From Eledone cirrhosa (Eukaryota), in contig OZ024742.1 in assembly GCA_964016885.1 (NCBI GenBank), forward strand, positions 230,268,001 through 230,332,000: 64,000 bases of DNA, written 5' to 3'. The notes under the pieces were generated by a model. The model ran no database searches, was not told the DNA's origin, and saw only the letters and a program-made list of their open reading frames with translations. A program made the position numbers and the translations under genes. Below, in pieces: positions 29,851-44,973 of this stretch. The first letter of the stretch is position 1; the number at the start of each line of letters is the position of its first letter.

Positions 29851-31858
29851 AACAACACTATTACCATCAGGTTTGTGTATATAAAAGGAATACAGCTGAT
29901 ACTAAGTACCTCATTGAAATTAATAAACGTTTTCCAACATAAGCAATATATTGTTATTGTTGGCACAGTCGCATAGAAACTCACACTCAGGAATACACAC
30001 CTACATAGCTACACACCTACACACACACACACACACACACACACTTAGATGCACATACTTACACACATGTAGAGAGACATAAACATACACACACGCATAT
30101 ACGTACAGACATTCATATTTCCATACGCACTCACATACATACACCCATACATACATAAGCACACACATATATGTATACCTACATATACACACGCATACGC
30201 ACGCAGATACATACACACATGAACACATCACATACACATACATAAACATATGTAAACTTAATGCAGTCATATATCGTCGTAGCTGACTTTTCTTTACTAT
30301 TATTCTTTTCGCAATCGATGAAATAAAGTTGTCTATCAGGTACTGGAGGAAGAATTTACCAGTACACCTCCCCCTCCCCCTGAAAGAATCGTTGCCTTTT
30401 CTCTATTTAAATACCAACCAGTTGTTAAAAAGTACAGAACCGTTCCGGCTTTTCAGTCGAGTTTATAGTGATGATGGACCCATTGCCTTTCCTTTGCAAC
30501 AAGGAGGGGCCGTTGGGTTTTTTCCTTTCTTACTAGGGATTACGATGAGACGTTTTTCGAAGTGTCCGGTTGAAAATGTTCAGGAATGTTATCTTCAAGG
30601 CCAATCTCTCATCCATTTTTATAAGAAACACTTATGGAGTGGGGTATGAGGAACTAGTGCATGTTTTCAATGAATTTTATGGATGATATTTATGAATTTG
30701 GCCTTAGCTACCAGCTGAATGTGACCCACCACTTTCCTTTCCCAAATCTGAAAGTGTAGCTTTTCTCGTAATTTCAGAGTGGGATGGACTACAACCCCTT
30801 TCTTGATGAGTGTTTCAGTTGATCGATCGACGAAACACTCGGCTCATGAAATTTCCTTTTAATTGATAAATAATTCCCCAGACACGTGTAAAATCTCGGT
30901 GAGATTCAGCGTGACAATCCATCTGACAGGCTTCCAAAACCAATTTCCTTATACCAAATTTTACTCACAAGGTATGCACCGACGCAAAGAGACTTGCCCA
31001 AGTTGCCACACAGTGCGATCGAATCCGTGACTTAATGATTACGAAACAAACTGCCATGATTTATCCATGTGTATCAAAATCATTCCGGTTTATATGTGGA
31101 GTGCTCCTATTGACACCATGTTGTCCCAATATTCCTGAACACCATTTTGTAATTTTTTCTAGATTGTATTTTGCTATATATTATCAAAGGCAGAATCCTT
31201 AGATCGTAAGGTAAATGCTTTGTATTTGTTCCGGATCTTTCCGTTCTCAGGTCAAATACTGACGTGTTCAACTTTGCTTCCCTCCAAGGTCGATAAACTC
31301 ACCTCCCACTCAAAAACTGGGTTCGATATAATCGACTGTGGCTTCTCTTAAAACATTGCTAGCCTTCTAAATTATCGTTGACATTATATTAACACCATAA
31401 TCAATAAAAAATGTTATTTTATTGCACCAGTTTGGCTTATGATAGACGTCAGAATAAATGGCGACACAATGAGAGTTTATACAAGGAGAATAAGGAAATC
31501 AAAGAAAAAAACTGACTTCCATTTTTAGACTAAAAGAAGCTGCTCGGAAAATAAACTAGCAAGTAGCTGAGCATTTTACATCCACGTGTACTCATAAAAT
31601 AATTATCAAGTTGATTCAGAATGGCTCAAATGATGACATTTTCACGTTGAGTATTGAAGCAACATGAAATAAAGTGTCTTGCTCAAGGCCACAACATGCC
31701 GCCAGGAATTAAGCCATCACTTTACATTCGTCAGTCAAACACCTTATTCACATGCATACATACATACATACATACATACATACATACATACATGATGGCT
31801 GCCCCCTCGTTATCGAGTATGGCCATTGCACGATATACCATTATTAATAATTATGAAT

Positions 31859-32044
31859 TAATTGTTTCTACTTTAGGCACAAGGCCAGCAATTACCCAGT
31901 ACATTACTGGTACTTTATTTTATCGATCCCGTAAGGATGAAAGGCAAAGTCAACCTCGGCAGGATTTGAACTCAGATCGTAAAGGGACGTAACTATGCTG
32001 GAAAGCATGGCGTCCGACCCTCTGCCGATACTGCCAATCCACCG
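31859..32044 (-). mobile_element. Meta-domain SINE, full length
   Basis: Near-identical reverse complement of 35775-35961. Confidence 0.88.
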
Positions 32045-32726
32045 TCCATTAATAATTATTAATTAATGCTATCGTGCAATGCCTGTGCGTGAAGATATTT
32101 TTTAAGTGAGGAAAGACTGTGCACTGAGCCAATCCCACTCTCTGAGCGACAGTAGCTATCACCCGAAAAGAAGAAAAGATCAACATCATCGGTAACTACA
32201 TACATACATACATACATACATTCATACATACATACATACATACATACATACATACATACACATTTTCATCCGTCCGTCTATACATTCTTATTTGATTAAG
32301 AAGTCGTACATTAGTACCTGATAGAATTTAGCGAAGAGAGTCTTTTCTGTCTAGCTATTTGATTTACTTGTTTATTCAACATACTACAAACCTATCTATA
32401 GATCTATATATGTCATATGTGGGTATATGTTCGACTTAATACCAAAGCATCATATCTATAGATCTCTTTATGTGTGATATATGTGTGTATTTTTGACATA
32501 CTACTGAACTATCTCTAGATCTATACAGATATAATATATGTTTACTTTTCTGCTTGGCTGTCTATTTATCTGTCACTAACTATGAATAGTCACGCTTCTG
32601 TTATTGCCCCTATCTATATTCCCCTACAATAAAGAAATATATCTATATTCCCCTTCGAATCTGTATGTATTTAACTGTCTATCAAACTGTATTTCTCTTA
32701 CATGTCTCCCTTTTCTTCACTCAGCC

Positions 32727-32780
<54 letters not shown>

Positions 32781-33617
32781 TCTCATATTCACACACACAC
32801 AGACACACACACACATATATATATTCGACCTTGCATGTTCCAGTTGTTCGCTCAATAAATCAGACCACTTACTAACGCGTGACAGGATGTTACACAGATA
32901 CATGAGACACGTGTAACCGTAATATAAATTCCCATGGAGATTTCGCCTAACGTTATATGTAACAAGTCTGGGTATTTGTGTTGCAGGTTTAATTTTTATG
33001 ACAAGTTTTCCGTCTATCCAGTTTTACTAAAAAAAATTGGATTTATGCAAGACTATTGTAAAAGACACCTGTCGAAGATACGACGAAGAGAGATCAAATC
33101 TGCGAAGTAATGACTGTAAATCTATCTTTTATCCAATCGGTCATGCTTGATGTTGGATCAGGCCATACATACAGCATTGGTCTGCACATTACATCCAATG
33201 GTACAATGGTCACGCGTAACTTTTTACAGTTATACAGTAGAAAATACCAAAAAGAACTGTAACAACATACTTTAAAAGATCTATGTATCGGTATACAGAG
33301 CAGTCTTTATCACGTGGTTTTGTCCCACGCCCATGTTTACCCTGCTCCAGTTCACCCAGCTGGAAAAAATGAGTTGTGTTGACTACTGGTGCCAACTCTG
33401 TCAACCACTGCGTTTCGCTTGGACAATATCAATACTGTGGATAGAGGAACATTCTAGGTGCAAAAAGCATGGTCATTCGTGAACAAAGGGGTCTGTTATA
33501 TATGATCTATGAAAGTTTCCTAGATGTAGGAAAGTGTCAATCTGTATCAATAACTGTTGTTGTAATAAATTTGGAGAGTATTATAGTTGATCGCTCATTC
33601 ATCCCTCTATATACGCA

Positions 33618-33695
<78 letters not shown>

Positions 33696-34744
33696 CAGGA
33701 GTAAATGATACATACTGTTATTAGTTTCATGGTTGGTGAGAGTTGGAGGTACAATAGAAGACTTTAAAAGCGTTTAAGTTAAAACTACATTTTACAGTTA
33801 TTGTTTCCCTCTGTTTCAGCTACTGCAACATATATTAGCTATAATATATTTAAACTAAATCAGGGATACATCCCTTTAAGGTGAGAAAATTGAACAGAAT
33901 CGCTTGCGCATTTCGAACCAGATGAATGCCGTATGTCTAAATACGTTTTAACACTTTCAGTTAATTTATGAATCACGCTAACCATTTCAGGCTTAAGGAG
34001 TGTCTAGTAGGAGTGAAATATAAACATGGTTTGATATTGCAACGGATTGTACATCAGATATTAATTCTTGAATATATATATATGCGTGTGTGTGTGTGTA
34101 GCGCTTTATGTATGTGAATATAATATATATGCATAGATATGTTTGTGTACATATATATGTGTATGTGTGTGTAATATTTCTTATTAATTTTGACTATTTA
34201 TTACGAAGTTTCATCGAACTTACTGGCTTTTCAGAACTGCATTGTTAAAATTGGAAGTAAACAGTCTCTATGAATAACAGATATCACACATACTACATAG
34301 GGAGTACACGTGTTCTACACCAGTGCATGTTTAGTATGTTTACTACACAAAATCATGAAACGGGCATATATATATCATTGTACTAATCAACTAGATGCTT
34401 GTCTGTGTTACAATGAAAGGCAAATATAGGGGATATATGTATATGTCATCACGCAATCAGTTCTGTGTACACAATAGTTTATATTCCCAAAGGTGCGGAT
34501 GATTGTATATACTATTGCATGAATGTTTGTGCATGATTGAGCGTGAGGTATGTTAGGTGTATGTAAGCGTCTGTGTGTGTGTGTGTGTTAAGGTCTTAAG
34601 GTGCATTTTTTTGTGAGAATATATGTGTATATGTGTGTGGTTGTGTATGTTTGCGACTATGTGTACTTATATGTGTATATGCCTGTGTTTAGGTGGACGT
34701 GATCCAGTATGTATATATATATATATATATATATATTTACATAC

Positions 34745-34787
<43 letters not shown>

Positions 34788-34797
34788 CATACACATA

Positions 34798-34833
<36 letters not shown>

Positions 34834-34847
34834 CATAGATACACACT

Positions 34848-34907
<60 letters not shown>

Positions 34908-34923
34908 CATATATATATATATG

Positions 34924-35015
<92 letters not shown>

Positions 35016-35285
35016 CATACATACACACTTATATATATATATATATATTTGTATATATATAATGGTCCAAAGTCGTGGCTGATGTTTGTGTAGAAACGGA
35101 GGCAGGAACCGTTTGTCATGTATGTAAAGTGTTAACAGGAATATGCAGTGTAGATTAGTAGGAATCGATAACATGAGAAATAGAAGAACAAGTTTGTTAG
35201 ACATAGACAGTAGTAGCTATGTAGGTAATATATGGATATGGGTGTATCTGAAAGAGAAAGGAAATAGTATCTTCTGATTCGGCTC

Positions 35286-35362
<77 letters not shown>

Positions 35363-35685
35363 GCCCCCCCCCCACATATATACACACACACTCACACACA
35401 TACACACACACATGTATATATATATATATATATATATACTCATTTAAACATGTATTGTGTCTTCTCATTTTCCTAGTGGCAACCATTTCTTATTTATATA
35501 TATGTATATATATATATATATATAACGGCGATGAATTAGTTTTGCGAGGTTTTTGATACGAAATCGTGTGTCGAAACAAACGCATGCGCAAAGAAGACAA
35601 AATAAAATAAACAAATATATAAATATATAAACAGACTAAATAAAGATGGCATAGAAAATACAATGTAACGGGAGGAAACAATAGC

Positions 35686-35727
35686 ACCACTGACGATGTT
35701 GCAGATGTGCAACGAAAGATTTATGAT
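35686..35727 (+). ncRNA. Possible degenerate hammerhead
   Basis: acca-CTGACGA-t-gttgca-gatg-tgcaac-GAAA-gatt-TA-tgat. Perfect 6-bp stem II, weak stem I. Confidence 0.45.
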
Positions 35728-35774
35728 AAACTATATATATGTGTTTGTGTCTATATTGTATCTGTATTATTTTT

Positions 35775-35961
35775 CGGTAGATTGGCAGTATCGGTAGAGG
35801 GTCGGACGCCATGCTTTCCAGCATAGTTACGTCCCTTTACGATCAGAGTTCAAATCCCGCCGAGGTTGACTTTGCCTTTCATCCTTACGGGGTCGATAAA
35901 ATAAAGTACCAGTAATGCACTGGGTAATTGCTGGCCTTGTGCCTAAAGTAGAAACAATTAT
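35775..35961 (+). mobile_element. Meta-domain tRNA-derived SINE, full length
   Basis: A box TGGCAGTATCGG, B box GAGTTCAAATCC, core gttgactttgcctttcatccttacggggtcgataaaataaagtaccag resembling the Sauria/MetaSINE domain, 3' end gaaacaatta. Confidence 0.9.
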
Positions 35962-36112
35962 TTTAGACCGTTGGTCAGTCAATGGCAACATTGAGGACCG
36001 AATAAATTAGATTACCGATATAAAAGACACAGAGGCGAAAACCAACCAAACAGTGAGTGTGTTCTGTTATTAATTCTGGCAATATTACACAAATATAACC
36101 CTCCCCAAGTAT

Positions 36113-36147
<35 letters not shown>

Positions 36148-36154
<7 letters not shown>

Positions 36155-36208
36155 AAGGCTTCTACAGGACTAGAAGTGTTTCATTCAGGAGAAACCACCA
36201 GGAAGCCG
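36148..36208 (-). mobile_element. Family B fragment, HHR core decayed (CTGGTGG)
   Basis: ggcttc-CTGGTGG-tttctcctgaat-GAAA-cacttctagtcctg-TA-gaagcc. Confidence 0.7.
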
Positions 36209-36701
36209 TCTGTCCAAGTAATATAGTAGTATTTATATCTTTTCTGGTGGTAGGAGAGGGTGGTGATAGGGATGGGTGGAGGTCATTGGTTAATCGGTTT
36301 AAAGAAAAGGGAATTCTTTAAAAACTATATTTAGAATAACAAAGACATATATATATATATATATATATAATCATGAATAGGTAAAGTATTTAATATTTTA
36401 AAAAATTAATACAAAATATTTCTCGGTCCCAACTGTAGGTTCATCTCTTAAGACATGCCTAAATATTCCAGTAATTTAGCATATAAGTCTAGGAGAATGG
36501 AACTCATCAGAAACCCTTCGAGTGACAACTACCATCGAGGTGTTTTTTAAAGGAATAATCATAACTGGATCTACTGTTCACAAGAGAGGAAATAATAAAT
36601 TGTCTTTTGGCAAGAGAACGGGGTTCCTATAAAACGCAGTTCGTTTTAGCCTTTCTCACCCGACCTTGTAGGGCGTATAGAACAAATAATTACATACATA
36701 C

Positions 36702-36802
<101 letters not shown>

Positions 36803-37498
36803 ATATAGATAGATAGATAGATAGATAGATATACATAATCCTACGCATACATACAAAGGTGTCTAGCAATTACAATGTTTGCTCAAGAAATGAATGAATT
36901 AAATCACCAATCAATTCATCAGAGCATTATAAAATCGTTAACAGGTAAATTAATTAAGATAAATACATTACTTTAAAATATTACTTGGTTCCGACAAGAG
37001 TTTCGTTCCAAAAAGTATTCAGAGGAAAATGTCGCTCGAAATTTCTCTTGGTATGAGATGGTTTCCCGATGAGTCCCATTCTTATAACCTTATGTTCAAA
37101 ATTAATGGACAATCTAGGGTAGTTTTCGGGACAAAACATCCACTAGAAGCAAGAAATATTTTGAGGTAATTTTTTAGATCTTAATTACGCTACCTATTAA
37201 TAATTTTATAATGATCTGTCTAATACATTGATGATTTAGTAAATTCATTCATTGTGTAGAAATCGTAATTGATGGACACCTTTATATGTATATATGAACC
37301 CCCCCCCCTCCACTCTCAAAAGCGTGAACCCAATAAATCTTTATTTGTCTGCCTCTCTTCCCGTATAAATTTGCAGTATATATATATATATATATATGTA
37401 CATATATATAACAAAGAAGGTGTGGTAAGATACCAGGTGGATCATAACACACCAGAGTACTCGATACTTTGGGTAGTAGAGTGAGTCCTGACTCTTTT

Positions 37499-37557
<59 letters not shown>

Positions 37558-37563
<6 letters not shown>

Positions 37564-37895
37564 ATACTTGGGAGGGTCATATTTGTGTAATATTGCCAGA
37601 ATTAATAACAGAACACACTCACTGTTTGGTTGGTTTTCGCTTCTCGCTTCTGTGTCTTTTATATCGGTAATCTAACTTACTCGGTCCTCAATGATGCCAT
37701 TGACTGACCGCCGAGTAAGTTAGATTACCGATATAAAAGACACAGAAGCGAGAAGCGAAAACCAACCAAACAGTGAGTGTGTTCTGTTATTAATTCTGGC
37801 AATATTACACAAATATGACCCTCCCCAAGTATAACAATATTTGTTTCGACACACGATTTCATATAAAAAAACCTCGCAAAACTAATTCATCGCCG

Positions 37896-37897
<2 letters not shown>
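37558..37897. mobile_element. Family F foldback insertion in (TA)n, ~127-bp arms, no HHR seen
   Basis: 37558-37684 versus 37711-37839. Other copies at 35966-36119 and 41173-41369 (also a foldback); fragments at ~4220 and ~18740. Confidence 0.9.
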
Positions 37898-37937
<40 letters not shown>

Positions 37938-37973
37938 TAAAATAACAGATTTAGCCTTCAAATTTATTATTAT

Positions 37974-38037
<64 letters not shown>

Positions 38038-38242
38038 CTTTTAAAGTATGCCGTTTTTAAATATGTCGTTCAGAAAACTCGATTAGAGTAATGTAATCCA
38101 TATATCTAAGAAAATCTTATAGACGGATACAGAACGGTTGCATTGTAATAAACAATCACACACAAACACACATAACCATAAACACGCGGCGCGCACACAA
38201 GGGGAGAAATGGCCACAGAGATAGAAAGAACGATAGAGATAG

Positions 38243-38276
<34 letters not shown>

Positions 38277-38705
38277 AGGGTGAGAGAGACGAGAGAGAGA
38301 GAATGAATTATGTGTGGTTATTATGTTGAGTGTATAAATGGTGTGTAAAATCAGAGATAACATCATATCTAGATCCACCTTGGGGCTAATTTAATGTGAT
38401 AAATATCAGTGTCTCAATTATATGTTAAACGGAACGATCGGACAGATAAATAGCGGCGAGTATGAAGCATAATATAGCAGATGTCCTGATAAATTAATTG
38501 AGAGATCAAGAATATGTCTGTGAGGAATACTTCTGGTGCGTGTTCTGCATATTTAACCTTTTGAAACCAAACCGCCCTTGGTTCTTCGATACAATGCTGT
38601 TTAGGTTAAAGTGCTTATATTTATTTAAAAACCTTCCGTCATAATTCTATGGAAGAACATTTGAAGGTACGTTCTAAACGCCAGAAAAATGTGTGTATAT
38701 ATATA

Positions 38706-38760
<55 letters not shown>

Positions 38761-38768
<8 letters not shown>

Positions 38769-38937
38769 GGCTTCTACAGTATTAGAACTGTTTCATTCAG
38801 AAAAAATTTCCTAACGATTTCTTCCGAATGAAACAGTTCTAGTCCTGTAGAAGCCATTTCTATATTAAATATTTATACTCTGCTATATATAGAGTACCTT
38901 ACTTACTGTTGTTACCCCCAAATGAACCGGGATAAAC
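38761..38937 (+). mobile_element. Family B foldback insertion, HHR core decayed (CTAACGA)
   Basis: atagaaatggcttctacag...tttcattc / gaatGAAAcagttctagtcctgTAgaagccatttctat. Confidence 0.8.
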
Positions 38938-38938
38938 A

Positions 38939-38978
<40 letters not shown>

Positions 38979-38979
<1 letters not shown>

Positions 38980-39025
38980 AGATTTATTGCTCAATCCTGG
39001 TTACACACACGCACACACACACACA

Positions 39026-39084
<59 letters not shown>

Positions 39085-39131
39085 ATGTGTGTGTGTGTGC
39101 GTGTGTGTAACCAGGATTGAACAATAAATCT
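38979..39131. repeat. Inverted repeat flanking a (CA)/(TG) microsatellite
   Basis: agatttattgctcaatcctggttacacacacgc / gcgtgtgtgtaaccaggattgaacaataaatct. Confidence 0.85.
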
Positions 39132-41083
39132 CCTATGTAACATCTCCCCTTTGTTTAAAACGCTACCTTGATCATAAATATTTTGTTTGTTTCCAACTAA
39201 AACAATGCATTTCTACAGAGTCAGTCAGGATCCATTATATGGAATTGTAAAACTTCAGCAAATAAAGTCTCTCTAGAGTTTGGTAAAAACCATCTCTAAC
39301 AATACCGACAAACCATTATTGTTTGAAAATCTAGACGATGTTAAAGGAATTGTATTTTGTCTTTAAACCAATTATGGAAAACAAAGAGCATATTTCGACT
39401 TTATTAGATCTACCCAGCGAAAAGTATTCACTTCAGTCATCAAGACGTAGAAGGAAACAGTATACATACTTTGCGTTCTGAAGAACCACCAAAATATATT
39501 GAATAATAATCGTATACGTCGGGTAAATTTAGGATAGAAACGCCTACTGGAAACAAACCATGCGTCTGCCGTACTCCAGAAAAACAAAATCAATCTTAAA
39601 TGTGCCCAATGTTTGGTAAATGAACCGAATATATATATAAATGGTGGTATGTAGCGAGACTGATCATGAATATCAACAATATGACCGACAGAAAATACTC
39701 AAGGGAGTGTTCTGCAAACAAACAATGCACAGGATAGGGACTCACATCTGCTATATAATGAATTAAAGTACAAACTTCGATTAATTGAGACTAACCATGC
39801 AGCAATTGACACACATTATTATGGCCTATGTATCGGATTATTATATTTGTATAATAGCTGTTTCCTATTGAAACCTCTAATCGAATGTATGCGTTGATCA
39901 ATATCTGTTGTTTATAAATTTTGTGAGATATAAATGTATTCTAGTAGTGTTATAAATAATGCTAGAACACTTTAAATATACAAAATTTGTGAAAATGAGT
40001 GGTTTGGTGTTTAGTATGGTGTTCGTCTCACGATTGCAAAATGGTAAATTCCATACCCGACAGTACGTTCTATCTTTGAGCAAATCACTTTAATTCACGT
40101 TGCTGGTAATTCACGTTGCAAGTATTTCAATTAGTCAGCCTTATATAATATTTCTCGTTGAATCTTCTCGAGAATTAGGTTATGAATAAACGTATCCGTG
40201 TAATGCCCAGCCACAAAAAATTGTGTATCTTCGAAGAATGAAAGAAGTCAAGAAGCCGACCATCAGATCAGATCAAGAAAAATGTTTATATTGTTATTTC
40301 CAGTGCTCATACTATCCTAGTAGAAGGATGTGGGATTAGAATACCGAATCAGATACGGCAAAGCATCCCGCCTGACTCTTTATCATTTTTACCAATCCAC
40401 CGCTCCTTGCCGCAACGACAAATGGCAGCATGGACCTCGACGGGATTTGAACAAAATTCACAGACTCTATCAATTACTTGGCTTATTTAAAACCGCGTGT
40501 TAAACTTTCGATCATTTAATTTACAATTGAGGAACTTTCCTAAAGTCTGTTCTCCAGCCAAAAATATTCAACTACCATGTATATTCTTTAGAAACTGGAG
40601 TTTTTCTACAGAAAATCCATCTCCAAAGTCAAATATGCAACTTCTAAACTGGATCAGCACAATTGTGAATGACATTGTCAATGACAATTGTCAATGACAT
40701 TGTGAATGACGGTAATTGGAGCTGCTTCTTATCTTATCTAATGGTACAACCCGTACAGGAAGATATATGGCATGAGATATTCACTATGCAAGATAAAGTT
40801 TCATCTTGACGAAAATCTGGCAAAAAGGAGTTGAACCCCAACTTTTATTGATAAAAGACTTTGCCTTTCAGCCTTTCATAATGGATACAAATTCTAGAAG
40901 TGCAGTCCTTTTGTAGCTTACCTTCCATCCAGCATTCCCCTTCTGTGAATATCTTGGATTAAGAGCAGTCCGGAGGGCCGTCAGTGTGTCTGTATCTGCT
41001 CTAGGCTGTGTGTATACTTATAACCCTTAGCAAAGGTATAGTTGATACTACCATACTGGCATGCAAGAGATCGTTGTAGTTAG

Positions 41084-41172
<89 letters not shown>

Positions 41173-41177
<5 letters not shown>

Positions 41178-41369
41178 TTGCGAGGTTTTTTATATGAAAT
41201 CGTGTGTCGAAACAAATATTGTTATACTTGGGGAGGGTCATATTTGTGTAATATTGCCAGAATTAATAACAGAACACAATTAATAACGAAAACCAACCAA
41301 ACAGTGAGTGTGTTCTGTTATAAATTCTGGCAATATTACACAATATGACCCTCCCCAAGTATAACAATA
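41173..41369. mobile_element. Family F foldback insertion in (TA)n
   Basis: Homologous to 37558-37897. Confidence 0.85.
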
Positions 41370-41372
41370 TAT

Positions 41373-41417
<45 letters not shown>

Positions 41418-42560
41418 AGTGTGTGAGTGTGTGCATGTGTTAATTGTTAATACATTTGTCATACAAATTGATACATGCTTCATTTACTGGCACTGTTAAG
41501 CTGAAATATAACCGTAATTAACTCTGAGTGAGAGGTTATTTATGACATTTAGCTTATGGAGTGGATAGGACTAATCCCATATATATGGATCTATCAGATT
41601 ATATATACTTAAGCAATTATCTTCATTTGTCACACTTACGTTTGATAGATATAATATATATTGATTTCTATGAATTTTCCGGCATACCTACATTAAAAGG
41701 GATTGTCAGTGTCAATGAAATCACGTTAAAATATATTGCCATTATTATATCGATCATCATTGATGAAAGGAAAGAGTCAAGCTTGGTGAGATTTGGACTT
41801 AGGCCAATTGAACATTTACGCTAAGAAAACATCGCAGAATTGGTAAGCCATCGGACAAAATACCTCTGCCGCAGAGAATTTGGGCTTCTTGTGTTCTGAG
41901 TTCAAATCCCGCCAAGGTCAGTCAACTTTGCCTTGTATTTCTGAGTCGATATTTCTGAGTCGATAAACTTAAGTACAAATCATAATCTATGGCTGATATA
42001 ATCAACTTTCCCATTTCTGTGAAATTGTTGGCTTTATGCCTAAATCATAAATTATTTAACCTTAGTGCCTGGTTTATTGGCAGAATTGTTAGTGCGTCGC
42101 TCAAAAAGTTCGTTTATGGTCTGAGTTTAAATTTCGCCGTGGTTCATTTTAACATTCATCTTCTCTGAATCGATAAAATAATGTACCTGTCAAGCATTGG
42201 CTCTAAGTCCCTCTTTTACCAACAAGGTGGATTATCAACGTAACATAAATTCTCCTAGTAAACTTGCTTATGCTTAAGTATCAAGCGATGGCATTACTCG
42301 AAATCGAGTTGCAGCCATCATATATATATATAGCTAAATAGGTAATGACTCAGAGTGGAAGGATACCTATCCATCCATTATTCTCCATCACACTTGAGTC
42401 TATTGAAACATTGAAACATCTAGTGTATTTGAAACAGTTATTCTTGTCTTATGATCTTGCGAGAGCAACAAGGCTCACTAAGTCATATTAAATAAATATT
42501 TAAACTCTACTTCGGTACTAGGTAATTTTTCGCACGTGCGCCAATACACACGCACACACA

Positions 42561-42689
<129 letters not shown>

Positions 42690-43361
42690 TTACATACACA
42701 CACATATATAATGTGTTCGTACGTGGAAGAATAGGTGCGCCTGTGTACATATGTCAATTTGTGGCATTCAGATTCACTCTCGCTCTAACAATGTCTCCTT
42801 AACAAACTTGTATAATATAACAAGGTTTTTGTCTATCAACATACATAGATATTATTTTTGTATTTGTTCTTGTTATTCCCTGGTGTCTATTATCACAGAA
42901 AGCTATCTAACATGAATCAACTTCCTTGATGTTACACTCCACAGTGCGGAAAGATTGAATAAGTGGGCGTGGGGCGCGTGAACCGGTGTCAATATTATTT
43001 TGGCAAATTAATTATTGAAGCTAAAGGTTGTCGATCGATTGTCTAGTTGTTATGAAACACACACTCGACACATCGATTAGTCTGCTATGATTGTAGGTGG
43101 AGTGATCATAATAACACCACCACCACCACCTCCATCAACAAAGTTAATGATATTAATGATGTTTTTTGGTTCGTTTACTGGTTTCAGTCAGTAGACTGCT
43201 GCCATGTTGGCGTACTGCCTTGAGAGAGATGTCGTTGATCACGTCAACCCCGATATTTATATTTGGTACTCATGTTTGGTACTGATTCTATCGATCCGTT
43301 TTTTTCTTTTCGAACCACTAGAATACGGAACATAAAAGATACATATACCAACCCCCCTCCC

Positions 43362-43440
<79 letters not shown>

Positions 43441-44189
43441 GAAATTGGAAATAGCAGGGAAAATATATTTAAGTGTCTGTTTTTCTTATTTTCCTATCTT
43501 TGATTCGTCAAAGACACATTATTGAAAAAGTGAGGACAAGTCTTTTAAAAAAGAGTTTTATAATGTATATAAAGTATATAAAGTATATAAAGTATTACCG
43601 GTTTCATCTCATCAAATGTTGAGTATCGCAATGAAAAAGAATTAATAAGAATTAAAAATTAAAGATTTAAAATTAAGTGTTGAAGCAAGTTTTTTCATCT
43701 TCCTTGTTGAGAAGGAGAGTGGAAAAATTAACTCTAGTGTATATAGAGGTGAAGTCAAGGGATGTTCGCTTGATAATAATTAGGTCCGTGTTTGAGTCCA
43801 CTGTTTGGAATCTGTCATTTGCCGTTGACTAGAATCGACACATCGTGTGAATAAAATTGTGTTAAGGGAAATCTTTTTGTAAACTTGTCAGATATACTAT
43901 ACCAATAATTCAAACGACAAGCCTTTCCGCATACAGGCATGCTGAAACTGCCTAAGAGGTTCGTTAGATATACGTATGTGACTTCAGAACTGGTTGTTCC
44001 CTAGATCAAATATTTAAGGATTTATTGTTGACACTAACGAAAATGATTCCATTTGAACTGAGTGTTTAAGTAAATCAGGTTGAGGAATTAGTTGAATGAG
44101 TTATTGGTTAAAATTCAAGCTATATTAATAAAGTGACCTTTTTCTTAAATCATCATTATGATTTATATATATAAATATATATATATATA

Positions 44190-44392
44190 TAAATATTTGC
44201 TCTACGGTTCTTATATATTTGATATATATTTATCCTTATCGAGCCCTCTTTGGATTTTAGTCTTCAAATTTATTATTTTTACTATATATATATATATATA
44301 TAGTAACAATAATAAATTTGAAGACTAAAATCCAAAGAGAGCTCGATAAGGATAAATATATATCAAATATATAAAAACCTAGACCAAATATT
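44190..44392. repeat. Inverted duplication of the PLE 3' terminus across the (TA)n insertion site
   Basis: 44190-44283 is the near reverse complement of 44302-44392. Confidence 0.88.
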
Positions 44393-44533
44393 CTTTGCTT
44401 AAACTTTAATCTGTTATTTTAATAAAAGGAATTCCAACTTTGTCTGATTTACTCGTTTTATTTACAATCCTTTAACATTATAATGGTATTAGAATGAAAT
44501 AGTATGGTAGAATATTAAATGTTAAGTGTTAAT

Positions 44534-44572
44534 TGAACAAGTACTTTCATGCTTTCTCAATCTTCAGGTTCA
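44534..44572 (-). ncRNA. Minimal type I hammerhead ribozyme in the PLE 3' region / pseudo-LTR
   Basis: Minus strand reads tgaac-CTGAAGA-ttgagaaagcat-GAAA-gtac-TT-gttca. Stem I is a perfect 5 bp, stem III is palindromic GTAC, stem II is weak. Same strand as the ORF. Confidence 0.7.
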
Positions 44573-44973
44573 TATTCAGTTGTGACATTCAAGTTTGCAA
44601 TTTTCAAAGATGGGTAAATTTTGTGCCTTATATACAGTGAAAAGCGGCTACGGAATGCTAATTTTGCAAACTGTATTTCCACCAATCGGTGTGTAGTTTC
44701 ACTGGATTACTAAATCTGATTGGTTTAGGCGTCACGGTTGGTTGAGCCTGTCTAACGACTTCTATTTGACCCTATCCAAAGCATGAATTGTTTTGCTATT
44801 TTTAGAAATGATGAAAATAGCATTTTCTAGGGTTTTTATAAAAAGTCTTCAGTAATCATCACCATCAACATCACTTTTATTATTATTATTGTTGTTGTTG
44901 TTGTTGTTGTTAGTGGTGGTAGTCGACATAGACATAGGCGTAGTCATAGTAGGAGAAATACCCCTAGGCATTA

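Noticed and set aside
30800-30845. TTGATGA...GAAA candidate
   Set aside because: Better explained as a simple gagtgtttc/gaaacactc hairpin; no NUH or stem I.
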